IMG/VR virus record: IMGVR_UViG_3300030330_001568
Length of the DNA stretch: 20,000 nt
From: an uncultured virus (IMG/VR IMGVR_UViG_3300030330_001568)
Lineage: Duplodnaviria > Heunggongvirae > Uroviricota > Caudoviricetes > Crassvirales
Reading direction: 5' to 3' (one strand)
The stretch's first letter is position 1. Each line of letters opens with the position of its first letter. Both the position numbers and the translations under genes were made by a program. A model generated the notes under the pieces. That model saw nothing but the letters and a program-made list of their open reading frames with translations. It was not told the DNA's origin and ran no database searches. This document shows positions 1 through 7,630 of the stretch, piece after piece.

Positions 1-86
1 GGATCTGTAGACTCCGGAATTTGTTGATCATCTAATAGTTGACTTACAGTCACCTTAGATAAATCTAAGTTTTCTTCTTTACTCAT
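1..86 (-). CDS. N-terminus of gene downstream of portal, probable scaffolding/capsid assembly protein (runs off window)
   Basis: Hand-translated: ATG at 86, MSKEENLDLSKVTVSQLLDDQQIPESTD..., open to the edge and acidic. Position after portal matches the crAss-like order TerL-portal-scaffold-like-MCP (function is inferred from synteny). Confidence 0.6.
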   Translation of the reverse strand, partial: MSKEENLDLSKVTVSQLLDDQQIPESTD

Positions 87-91
87 TGTTA

Positions 92-99
92 CAAAATTA
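92..99 (-). promoter_or_regulatory. Bacteroidota-type -7 promoter element TAATTTTG, 5 nt before ATG
   Basis: Minus strand reads TAATTTTG-TAACA-ATG, matching the TAnnTTTG consensus. Confidence 0.5.
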
Positions 100-131
100 A
101 TTAAATTATACTAGTTTTTTATGTTTATCTT

Positions 132-159
132 TGTCTACATAAACACCTTTATATAGACA
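132..159 (-). other. Intergenic hairpin after portal stop (terminator/processing/operator)
   Basis: Minus strand TGTCTATATAAA-GGTG-TTTATGTAGACA forms a 12-bp stem with one G-U pair; no U-tract follows on the minus strand. Confidence 0.45.
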
Positions 160-166
160 TTTTTTA

Positions 167-2419
167 TTATTTTTTACCCTTTTGGGCTTCTATTTGTTTA
201 TTAGCAATTTCTTTTTTATCATTTAGCTCTTTTCTTTTTAAATCAAGCTTTTCTCTTTCTAATCGCACACGTTCTAAATCAACTGCGTCATTAATTCCGT
301 TGTTGTTCATATCTTGATCTACAACTTTAGATGCTACTTTCATTTCTTCAATGTCCATTTTTGCATCTCTGTCTAGTTGATTTTGTTCAGCTGTAAACTG
401 TCTATCTGCTTGTTTATCAGCTAACTGTGCTTGTTGTTGCATTTGAGCCATCTGTTGTTGCTGTTGTGCTTGTGCTGCTTGTAGCTCTTTTTCTTTAGCA
501 TCTACCTCTGCTAGTTTTTCTTTAATCTTACTAAAGTTATTACCTTCTAATATTTCTGCTATAGTAACTGGACTACTACCATTCTGTGCAAATGATAATG
601 TTAGTTGTTTTAATGCTCTTAGTTTGTCTGCTTCTATTGAGTTGTTCTTAACAAATACTCCAAATTCAGCTTCTTGGAACATTCCAGGATCTATATCTAA
701 TACTGCTTGTCTAAAGTCACTTGTTATATATTGAGTCTTAAGTCCATCTTTCCATGCAACTTTAGCTACATCTAATAATCCGTTAAACTCTCTTTCAACT
801 AACTTATCAAATCGTCTAAACATTTCTTCAGTTACTACAGATGATTGGAATACTGCTCTTTCAGTAGCACCAATACCATCAGATGCTTGCACCTGTCCTT
901 TACGTTGTCTAGATATTCCTATTAACTCTTCCCACTCTGCTTTTATAGCTTGTAGTAGTTGGAATTGAGAAGCTATGTATTGACCTAAACTCATGTCTAA
1001 TACCTGGAATTGATTGAACGACACTCTTTCACCACGTTTACCTTCTGCTGTAGAATCTATGAAAGCAAAGCCCATTGCATCTGCGTAGTACATAAACTTC
1101 TCTTCATCCCAACCATGTCTCTTTGGAATAGTGTTCATTTCCATTAACATGATCTTATCTTTATTTTTAGCAATAGATAATTCTAATCTATAGTGAAATA
1201 TATTATATAGGATTTGGTAGGGTACGCCCATAGATACTACAGATACTTGATCTGAATGTCTATTTGAGTAGATTCTTCCGTTGTAGGGGAGTTTACATAT
1301 GGAAAGATTTGACATTTCATTTCTTTGTACCTGATGTGGTCTAATATTTACAAATATATCACCGTCTATTCGGTACCCTTCCCAAACCTGATTAACCCAA
1401 AAGTATTCTATACTTTCGTTATTATCTGGATTTACTTTGTACGTTTCGTCAACAACAACCGACTGTTCTTGACCTAATTCATCAAAATATGTTAGTATTC
1501 CCACACGTGCGAAGGATTTCCACACAACATGTAATACTTCCGCAAACCTTTCTGCATCTTGCGATGAGTAGTTTCCGCTGAAAGGAGATATGAACCCCAT
1601 GCTCTTTTTTTGAGAAGGTTTCTCCAATCTATCTATATCTGCCGGTTTAAGAACATCGTAAAAGTTATCTACAATAGCATTTACGCTCATTATTTTCTTT
1701 CTTACACACCAATCTCCGTCTTCTATAAACTGAATATCAGGAGATTTTTCATAATCTACATCTAGAGGAGATACAATTTCATAATCACAGTCATTCATAC
1801 ATACATCTTTATATGTATAACATTCTCCTGCAACTAACCAATCAAAGAATGCAGTTTGAAATTGATCTGGTAATTCGAGTCTATCAATTAGGTAATCAAG
1901 AGATTCTTGACCCATAATAGCTCTAATATCTTTGTAATTAGCGTATATTTCTTGTTCTAGCTCTCCTAATTCAGGTAATTCTTCAGTAGGCATACCTGTT
2001 TCTACTCCTAATTCATTTAAATCATTAATAAACTTTTGTTCTAGATATTTTTTTAGTTCATCCTTTACAACTACTTGTTGCATAGATTGCATATCAGAAT
2101 TACGTACAACTACTTGGTGATTAAAAGGTCTTTTTGCTTTTTCACCTAATAATAGATCTACTACAGGTTTTATAATATTGTAATTACGTAATCTTGCAGG
2201 AAATCCTTTTGTTTTGTGCTTTTCTGAGTTGTATGGATTGATGACATAGTTGTAGTCATTCTCATTTAGGTTGCCATTGTATGCATCGTAGAATTTATGC
2301 ATAGCAGATTTATGTTGATTAGAAAATCTACTTCTATCAATATAGGCGTTCATCGAATTTTTCCCCCACTCCCTAGTCTTCCGACTACGTGGAAGCTTTT
2401 GCTTAGGAATGCTACTCAT
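167..2419 (-). CDS. Portal protein (crAss-like)
   Basis: 750 aa, directly downstream of TerL. Contains FPARLRNYNIIKPVVDLLLGE, WVNQVWEGYRI, LPYNGRIY, GISRQRKG, a Q-rich coiled-coil crown and a DMNNNGIND tail, resembling crAss-like portals. Confidence 0.88.
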   Translation of the reverse strand: MSSIPKQKLPRSRKTREWGKNSMNAYIDRSRFSNQHKSAMHKFYDAYNGNLNENDYNYVINPYNSEKHKTKGFPARLRNYNIIKPVVDLLLGEKAKRPFNHQVVVRNSDMQSMQQVVVKDELKKYLEQKFINDLNELGVETGMPTEELPELGELEQEIYANYKDIRAIMGQESLDYLIDRLELPDQFQTAFFDWLVAGECYTYKDVCMNDCDYEIVSPLDVDYEKSPDIQFIEDGDWCVRKKIMSVNAIVDNFYDVLKPADIDRLEKPSQKKSMGFISPFSGNYSSQDAERFAEVLHVVWKSFARVGILTYFDELGQEQSVVVDETYKVNPDNNESIEYFWVNQVWEGYRIDGDIFVNIRPHQVQRNEMSNLSICKLPYNGRIYSNRHSDQVSVVSMGVPYQILYNIFHYRLELSIAKNKDKIMLMEMNTIPKRHGWDEEKFMYYADAMGFAFIDSTAEGKRGERVSFNQFQVLDMSLGQYIASQFQLLQAIKAEWEELIGISRQRKGQVQASDGIGATERAVFQSSVVTEEMFRRFDKLVEREFNGLLDVAKVAWKDGLKTQYITSDFRQAVLDIDPGMFQEAEFGVFVKNNSIEADKLRALKQLTLSFAQNGSSPVTIAEILEGNNFSKIKEKLAEVDAKEKELQAAQAQQQQQMAQMQQQAQLADKQADRQFTAEQNQLDRDAKMDIEEMKVASKVVDQDMNNNGINDAVDLERVRLEREKLDLKRKELNDKKEIANKQIEAQKGKK

Positions 2420-2431
2420 ATCATTTACAAA

Positions 2432-4390
2432 TTACTGAAAAAATCTTCTATTGAAAAAGGAATCGTCAGATTCTTCATAAGACTCCTCTAGCTCCTTATT
2501 ATAGAGATCTTTCATGTGAAACATACCAACTAATAAAGCAGAAACACGGTCAAAGTTGCCTTTTTTTCCATATTTTATTAGCTCATCTATCAATGCAATA
2601 TCATATATGTAATGCAAGTTTAGTTTAGGTAAGCCATCTTCCTGTCTACCTCTTTGTGATTTTAACCAGTCTCTTAAATATATTTCTGCTTGGTTTTTTC
2701 TATGTTGTGATCCCATAGATGTACCATAAGTTCTGTTTAGTTTACGTATTTTTACTCCGTCTGTTTTATCAAATATTTCTGCTTCTGGCATAAGATAATT
2801 TAGTAGCTTATGTCTTTTTGCATAGGGTATAACTTCACCTCTATCATTTTCAAATCCAATCCTTGCGTTAAAATATTTAGCTAACAGAAATAGATTATAG
2901 TTATATTCATCCTGAGTATCTGGTCTACCTACATAAGATGCTACAATCATATCATCTGGTTTAGAATGTGGATTGATTCGTTTAATAACATAAGCTGCAC
3001 CTAATGAAGCTCCGAATCCATCACTTGCATACGGGTCATGTACTATAAAGTATAGATCATCTGGTATATCTGATCCAGATCCATCAGGAGATTGATATAC
3101 TACAACACATCCAGAGATATTATCAGTTTTATTATGTGGAAACTTCATAACAGGTCTAACTTTATCACTAGGTCTAAAGATTATTCCTTTATCTGTCTCT
3201 ACTAACATACCATTTACTGCCATTTTAGTATGTAATCCTGTACGCATCAATTCATTACGCCATGCTACTAGTGCTCCTCCAGGAAACATGTTACCTCTTT
3301 GTTGTAAGAAAGCCTCTCTAGGCATCCAAGGATATTCTGTAACATATTTATCTAAGGTATTTGCATCTTTGGCTTCCTTTTTGAGTTGTTCTCTTTTAGC
3401 CTCTTCTATTTGCTTAGCAGCTTTGACTAAAGAGTTTCCATTCTCATCCATGTAACCTATTTTGTTTTGAAACGATGGAAAGAAAAAACCACATGTGCTA
3501 CCTTCTCCTCCTTCATCCCATACATTATCAAAAGGATACAGATCATATGCTTCTGGATTGTAAAACATAGACTCAAAGTCAATTGTACCACCTTCCATAT
3601 CACCACCTGTACCAAATAAAACAATCTGTCCAGTTACTACACCACCATCCTCAACACAGGGACGTGTTGCTAAATACGATGCTTTTAAATTATTAAATGC
3701 ACCACACTCTTCAAATATAACTAGTGATGCATCCTTACCTCTTGCAGCATCTGGATTATCTTTGAAAGTAATCGCTTCTACCTCTGATTTATATCCTTTT
3801 TCTATGGCTTGTTTATTGATATACTGTAAATAACTTGCTCTCTTATGGTTTATCTTGTCTACAACTTGTCTCCTTTTTTGCCATCCGGTGTGTTCGTTTA
3901 CAAAATTCATGTAATCAGTGACCATTGTCATAATACCTTTAGGATATAGGTACTTTTTGTCGTGAGCACACAACAATGTGTAAGAATTTTTAGTTGTATT
4001 GTACAAATTAGCAGATATGGCAGCATTTTTGTAGCTAAATCCCTTACGTCTAGCTTTTGCTACTATAAGATGCAGTCCTTTAGACGCAGCATCCTCTAAT
4101 GCATTAAAATAATGGTAGTCTCCGTCCCAAAAATTAGGGAATGATACAGTTTTTAGTCCAGCTTTGCGTTCTCCTATCTGTTCTGTTAGTTTTATTCTGC
4201 AAAAATTTAGATAAAAGTAGTGATGTCCTGTAATTCTAGTGTCTCCTACTGTATATCCTTCTTTACATCGTCTAAGTTGCTCTGTCCAATACTCATAAAA
4301 AGGTGCACTACCTGGTGGATCTTGGCAATAATAGCCTAATCTTACAAACTTTTGTGCTTCTCTGCTAAACTCCCGTGTATTTACAAACAT
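2432..4390 (-). CDS. terL: Terminase large subunit
   Basis: 652 aa. Walker A-like KARRKGFSY, Walker B VIFEECG, coupling motif FGTGG, RNase H-like nuclease (HDPYASD...SLGA, FENDRG, NFDRVSAL). ITGHHYFYLNF N-terminal motif as in crAss-like TerL. Confidence 0.93.
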   Translation of the reverse strand: MFVNTREFSREAQKFVRLGYYCQDPPGSAPFYEYWTEQLRRCKEGYTVGDTRITGHHYFYLNFCRIKLTEQIGERKAGLKTVSFPNFWDGDYHYFNALEDAASKGLHLIVAKARRKGFSYKNAAISANLYNTTKNSYTLLCAHDKKYLYPKGIMTMVTDYMNFVNEHTGWQKRRQVVDKINHKRASYLQYINKQAIEKGYKSEVEAITFKDNPDAARGKDASLVIFEECGAFNNLKASYLATRPCVEDGGVVTGQIVLFGTGGDMEGGTIDFESMFYNPEAYDLYPFDNVWDEGGEGSTCGFFFPSFQNKIGYMDENGNSLVKAAKQIEEAKREQLKKEAKDANTLDKYVTEYPWMPREAFLQQRGNMFPGGALVAWRNELMRTGLHTKMAVNGMLVETDKGIIFRPSDKVRPVMKFPHNKTDNISGCVVVYQSPDGSGSDIPDDLYFIVHDPYASDGFGASLGAAYVIKRINPHSKPDDMIVASYVGRPDTQDEYNYNLFLLAKYFNARIGFENDRGEVIPYAKRHKLLNYLMPEAEIFDKTDGVKIRKLNRTYGTSMGSQHRKNQAEIYLRDWLKSQRGRQEDGLPKLNLHYIYDIALIDELIKYGKKGNFDRVSALLVGMFHMKDLYNKELEESYEESDDSFFNRRFFQ

Positions 4391-4764
4391 TATTTTTTTG
4401 TGTAGTCCTTTTTTATAGTTTCTACGCTGCCGTCTTCTTTTATTCTAGATATTACTAGATAAAAGCTTTCTCCATTTTCATATTGATGATGACAATAACC
4501 CTGTAATCCTTTTAGATCATTTTCTCTTTCTATTGTACCGCTAAAGTTTTTGGTTATGTCTTTATCATATATAAAATGTGCAGCTCCGTATGGTACAAAC
4601 TCTGATCCAGATTCGTTTCCTTTATCATCTACATGGGTTGTACGTCCACACTGTGGGCAAAATTTCTCAAACTTTATACCATCCTCACCTACATCTGTGA
4701 TACGTAACTTGTGTCCACAGATACATTTAAGTTTAGAATTAGTATTAAATTTAATTTTTGCCAT
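4390..4764 (-). CDS. Zn-ribbon hypothetical protein
   Basis: 124 aa with CxC (CICGH) and CPQCG; 1-nt stop/start overlaps with both neighbours. Confidence 0.7.
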   Translation of the reverse strand: MAKIKFNTNSKLKCICGHKLRITDVGEDGIKFEKFCPQCGRTTHVDDKGNESGSEFVPYGAAHFIYDKDITKNFSGTIERENDLKGLQGYCHHQYENGESFYLVISRIKEDGSVETIKKDYTKK

Positions 4765-5336
4765 TAGTCTTCAAACATTCCTTTAGTTCCACCGCCACGA
4801 ATCTTAGATTCATTAGCTTGTTCTTTTTTAACTTTTTCTTCTAAAGCATTTATTGTATCTATTGCTTTAGGTAATTTCTCAGACACCTCTAGTAGTTTAG
4901 TAACATCTTTCATTATGTTACCAATGTCTTTATCTTCCTCTCCATCTACAAGATCTAGAGAGTTTTCTATTTGTGATCGTAATGCATTTATAACTCTAGC
5001 AGAAGTTAAGAGTCCTTCTTTGATTGCTTTGAGGCTGGTGATTGTTGGTGTACGCTGAAGTTCATTGTACTTGTCCATGCCCATCTGTACGAGTTTGGTG
5101 ACTGGAGTGTCTTCGTTAAATTGTAAGTCTTTGATGAGTCTTTGTTTTCTCTCTTCTTTAGGATATATTGAGTAGGGAGATCTATAGTCGCACATGAAGT
5201 AAATATAGGATAGTTCTCTGTGTGCGTTACGTTTTTTTCTGTCTTTGTCACTTGTTATTATTTTTTTAAATTCTGGAATGATTTTAGCTTCCGGATCAAT
5301 CACTATGTTGAAGTTGTCTTCTTTGAAAAGCCTCAT
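4764..5336 (-). CDS. Conserved crAss-like protein upstream of TerL (small terminase candidate)
   Basis: 190 aa, helical/coiled-coil, with ELSYIYFMCDYRSPY motif and C-terminal IRGGGTKGMFED; in the operon with TerL. The TerS role is inference only. Confidence 0.6.
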   Translation of the reverse strand: MRLFKEDNFNIVIDPEAKIIPEFKKIITSDKDRKKRNAHRELSYIYFMCDYRSPYSIYPKEERKQRLIKDLQFNEDTPVTKLVQMGMDKYNELQRTPTITSLKAIKEGLLTSARVINALRSQIENSLDLVDGEEDKDIGNIMKDVTKLLEVSEKLPKAIDTINALEEKVKKEQANESKIRGGGTKGMFED

Positions 5337-5538
5337 GATTTAAATTTTTAAGTCTATTTGGATTTACATGGAACCTACCAAAGTACGATAATCTTACACC
5401 GTCAAACTCTCCTTTGCTCATCGTATATGCTAGAAACTGAAACTGAGATTCACATATACTCTCAATCTCTTCTATGTTTCCACCCATCTCCTCCTTTATT
5501 TCTTTATATATTTCTTGTTTTAATTTATTCTTTGCCAT
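5296..5538 (-). CDS. HU/IHF-like DNA-binding protein
   Basis: 80 aa; helix-helix then GVRLSYFGRFHV, matching the HU/IHF V.l.gFG.F.v signature. IHF-like genes are typical of crAss-like late regions. Confidence 0.75.
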   Translation of the reverse strand: MAKNKLKQEIYKEIKEEMGGNIEEIESICESQFQFLAYTMSKGEFDGVRLSYFGRFHVNPNRLKNLNHEAFQRRQLQHSD

Positions 5539-5546
5539 ACTGTTTA

Positions 5547-5684
5547 TTATCTTCCTTGTCCTCTGTACCTAGGTCCATCATAATATTTACCTCCTTTTTG
5601 TTTGGTAAACCTGTTCTTAGAATGAACACCTGGTCTTTTTTTTCTAACTTTTTTATAATAATTATTTACTACTTTACGAGCCAT
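5547..5684 (-). CDS. 45-aa very basic microprotein ending YRGQGR (not in ORF track)
   Basis: Hand-translated MARKVVNNYYKKVRKKRPGVHSKNRFTKQKGGKYYDGPRYRGQGR*. Fills the gap between 5538 and 5674 on the coding strand. Confidence 0.75.
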   Translation of the reverse strand: MARKVVNNYYKKVRKKRPGVHSKNRFTKQKGGKYYDGPRYRGQGR

Positions 5685-5880
5685 CTTCTAAACCTAAATT
5701 TACAATATCTGCTGGATTAATCCAACATCTAACAATATATGTATCAAACTCATCAGACGGCATTAGTAAATCATACTCAAAAGATACTTCTCTCGCATGA
5801 AACTGTACTTCTTGCATAGAAATAAATGCATATACATTTTCTAACCCAACAACCCTGACATCAATAAAGTATTTCACCAT
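5674..5880 (-). CDS. Hypothetical protein
   Basis: 68 aa, overlaps both neighbours in the operon. Confidence 0.6.
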   Translation of the reverse strand: MVKYFIDVRVVGLENVYAFISMQEVQFHAREVSFEYDLLMPSDEFDTYIVRCWINPADIVNLGLEDGS

Positions 5881-6211
5881 CCTGCATTATAAATTCAAAA
5901 TTAACCGAATCGGCATTTTTATAATTATAAACTATAGGATGAAAGGTGTACTTAGGTTTACTGTCTTTATTATAAACTAAGACCTTCTTGTCTTTTAAAC
6001 TTTTGATAGAGTTGTTAAGTATAGCTCTGCCCCATTTCAAATTTTTTGCTACTTGCTTTCTATTAGATATAGAACAAGGATCGTTTATATTTGTTTTAAC
6101 GAGCTCCATACAAACTTTAATTTCCGTCTTGGTCAGTTTTAAAATTCCATTTACAGTATATAAATAATCCTGAAGGAATCTTTCACTACTTGTTGGTATC
6201 TGTACTTTCAT
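5861..6211 (-). CDS. Winged-HTH DNA-binding protein (MarR/RepL-like)
   Basis: LTKTEIKVCMELV...RKQVAKNLKWGRAILNNSIKSLKDKKVL followed by a beta-wing (YTFHP). Confidence 0.7.
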   Translation of the reverse strand: MKVQIPTSSERFLQDYLYTVNGILKLTKTEIKVCMELVKTNINDPCSISNRKQVAKNLKWGRAILNNSIKSLKDKKVLVYNKDSKPKYTFHPIVYNYKNADSVNFEFIMQDGEILY

Positions 6212-6485
6212 TATACTTTATAACTTTTTCTATTTTTCTAGACAGACGTTTTGCAACTAACTGCCTTACATTTTTAAGGAGAAGTATAATACATTGGTTC
6301 TCCGCTGAAAAATTTTTCTTTTGTAAACTATAAAATCTATCTATTAAGATATTAATTATCTCTTCATTGGTAGTTCCTGGCTGGAACTTTCCATCTAGCT
6401 TTTCGGTAAATTTAATTGTTTGAAATTTTTTGTTGTCTGCGAAGTCGGTTGCTTTATACTCTACTCCTGGTTTAACTATGTCCAT
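6186..6485 (-). CDS. Divergent Acb2/Tad1-like hairpin protein (putative anti-defence nucleotide sponge)
   Basis: Probable start is ATG at 6485 (MDIVKPG), not the TTG at 6533. Contains GTTNEEIINILIDRFYSLQ-KNFSAEN, resembling the G.tnE.ll.iliDRl..fq...f.crEN Acb2/Tad1-like family pattern. Confidence 0.55.
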   Translation of the reverse strand: MDIVKPGVEYKATDFADNKKFQTIKFTEKLDGKFQPGTTNEEIINILIDRFYSLQKKNFSAENQCIILLLKNVRQLVAKRLSRKIEKVIKYNESTDTNK

Positions 6486-6508
6486 TTGATTTATTGTTAC
6501 TTTACACT

Positions 6509-6516
6509 CAAATGTA
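6509..6516 (-). promoter_or_regulatory. TAnnTTTG element (TACATTTG)
   Basis: 23 nt upstream of the ATG at 6485. Confidence 0.45.
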
Positions 6517-6561
6517 TTAATAATATATATCAAATAAAAAAGTTCTTATAGGTGAGTCTAT

Positions 6562-6795
6562 TTATAGAGACTTTTTCTTTCTCTGGTATATATTAACATA
6601 ATCATACCTAGGTCTAGACCCATGATAGCTTTCTTGTGGCATATCAAGTGTCTCTTTGTTCAAAAAATTTCCCTCTAAATCAAGGATAGTGTATCCCTGA
6701 GCTATCAGGAGATTCATTGCATCAACTTGCTCCTGAGCTCTATCAATTATAGAGGTCGTTTTAAAAATTTTGTTATTTCTTTTTACCCTTTTCAT
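6562..6795 (-). CDS. Small hypothetical protein (A..LL...GY motif)
   Basis: Probable start is MKRVK at 6795; contains QVDAMNLLIAQGYTILDLEG. Confidence 0.65.
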   Translation of the reverse strand: MKRVKRNNKIFKTTSIIDRAQEQVDAMNLLIAQGYTILDLEGNFLNKETLDMPQESYHGSRPRYDYVNIYQRKKKSL

Positions 6796-6904
6796 AGACC
6801 ACATATCCATGGGTCTTTAATAACACCACTGCTTCTTGTATTTCTTTATTTAACTTCCTGCAATAATCAAATATCTCACTCTCAAATGCATTTGTTTCAT
6901 ACAT
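6773..6904 (-). CDS. 43-aa protein, probable paralog of the adjacent gene (not in ORF track)
   Basis: Hand-translated MYETNAFESEIFDYCRKLNKEIQEAVVLLKTHGYVVYEKGKKK*. Preceded by a TATATTTG element. Confidence 0.7.
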   Translation of the reverse strand: MYETNAFESEIFDYCRKLNKEIQEAVVLLKTHGYVVYEKGKKK

Positions 6905-6924
6905 AATATATCTATTTTATATAT

Positions 6925-6932
6925 CAAATATA
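6925..6932 (-). promoter_or_regulatory. TAnnTTTG element (TATATTTG) heading the leftward operon
   Basis: 20 nt upstream of the ATG at 6904; a second TAAATTTG lies at 6987-6994. Confidence 0.5.
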
Positions 6933-7007
6933 GTAAAAATAAAATAAAGTCTCTATATAATGTAAGACATGGTCCTTTTGTAAAGTCAAATTTATTTATA
7001 ATCTTTG

Positions 7008-7147
7008 TTTCCTCAGTCGCAGATCTGTAAGCTGCTAAACTTCAAGTAACCACCCTTGTTGGATCGTGCAAAGCAAGTCGTCTGAGAAAAAGCAGCATAT
7101 CCTTTAAACTTTTCGTTGCACCCAATGTTATACTTACTCACGCGCAT
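7008..7147 (-). ncRNA. Candidate structured RNA (alternatively a 44-aa ORF, 7013-7147)
   Basis: GC-richer than flanks, with multiple complementary segments (UUUUCUCAG/CUGAGGAAA, GCUGCU/AGCAGC, GUGCAA/UUGCAC). Confidence 0.3.
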
Positions 7148-7169
7148 TTACAAAATAAAATAAAAGTTT

Positions 7170-7290
7170 CCCTGGGGGTGCATTCCTATATATAAAACCC
7201 CCCTAGGTATGTTTACAGAGACCACCTACTGTAAACCTCCCCCAGTAAATCTTGCGGGTTAAGTACCCCCCTATAAGAATTGGTACATAT
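7170..7290. repeat. G/C-tract and inverted-repeat cluster at the strand switch (possible terminus/origin/promoter region)
   Basis: CCTGGGGG(7171)/CCCCCCTAGG(7198), perfect GTTTACAG(7211)/CTGTAAAC(7229), and C-runs at 7198, 7239 and 7266. Confidence 0.6.
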
Positions 7291-7312
7291 TATTAAATAA
7301 ATCTTACATATA

Positions 7313-7582
7313 ATGAAATTACTTGATTATGTAAGAGCACAGGGTGGCAAGTTTGTCAGAATAGTTGACGGACCTGCTGGTGCATTTGTCAGTTTTACTA
7401 CATCTACTTTCGATGAAGGTAGTGAAGATGATTGGCATACACTACCCATTGGTAACAAGTCGAAGGACGGGAAACTAGATGAGTTCAATGTGCTCGAGGT
7501 TCAGGACAAAGAAAATCCTGATGAGATGATAGCGATTGCGACTGTGAACTTGTATAGCACAAGGGAAGAGTTGGCTGTCTAA
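7313..7582 (+). CDS. First gene of the rightward arm; small acidic beta-rich protein, possibly ssDNA-binding
   Basis: 89 aa with A-rich leader. Position and size recall the small putative SSB that follows the strand switch in crAss-like phages (weak similarity). Confidence 0.6.
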   Translation: MKLLDYVRAQGGKFVRIVDGPAGAFVSFTTSTFDEGSEDDWHTLPIGNKSKDGKLDEFNVLEVQDKENPDEMIAIATVNLYSTREELAV

Positions 7583-7590
7583 GTCATCAC

Positions 7591-7630
7591 ACCTACACCT
7601 GTGAAGAATAGTAGCAGGTGTTTAGGTTTT
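7591..7630 (+). terminator. Probable intrinsic terminator/hairpin
   Basis: ACCTACACCTG...CAGGTGTTTAGGT stem followed by TTT just after the stop at 7582. Confidence 0.45.

Noticed and set aside
400..490. CAA/GCA-rich repeat in portal
   Set aside because: Simply encodes the Gln/Ala-rich coiled coil common in portal C-termini.
2297..5720. Track ORFs 2297-2491(+), 4550-4786(+), 5006-5251(-), 5358-5720(+)
   Set aside because: Antisense or nested shadows of well-supported genes, with no motifs.
7008..7120. Hammerhead ribozyme (CUGAGGA and CGAAA on the minus strand)
   Set aside because: Stem I and stem II partners flanking the core could not be formed.
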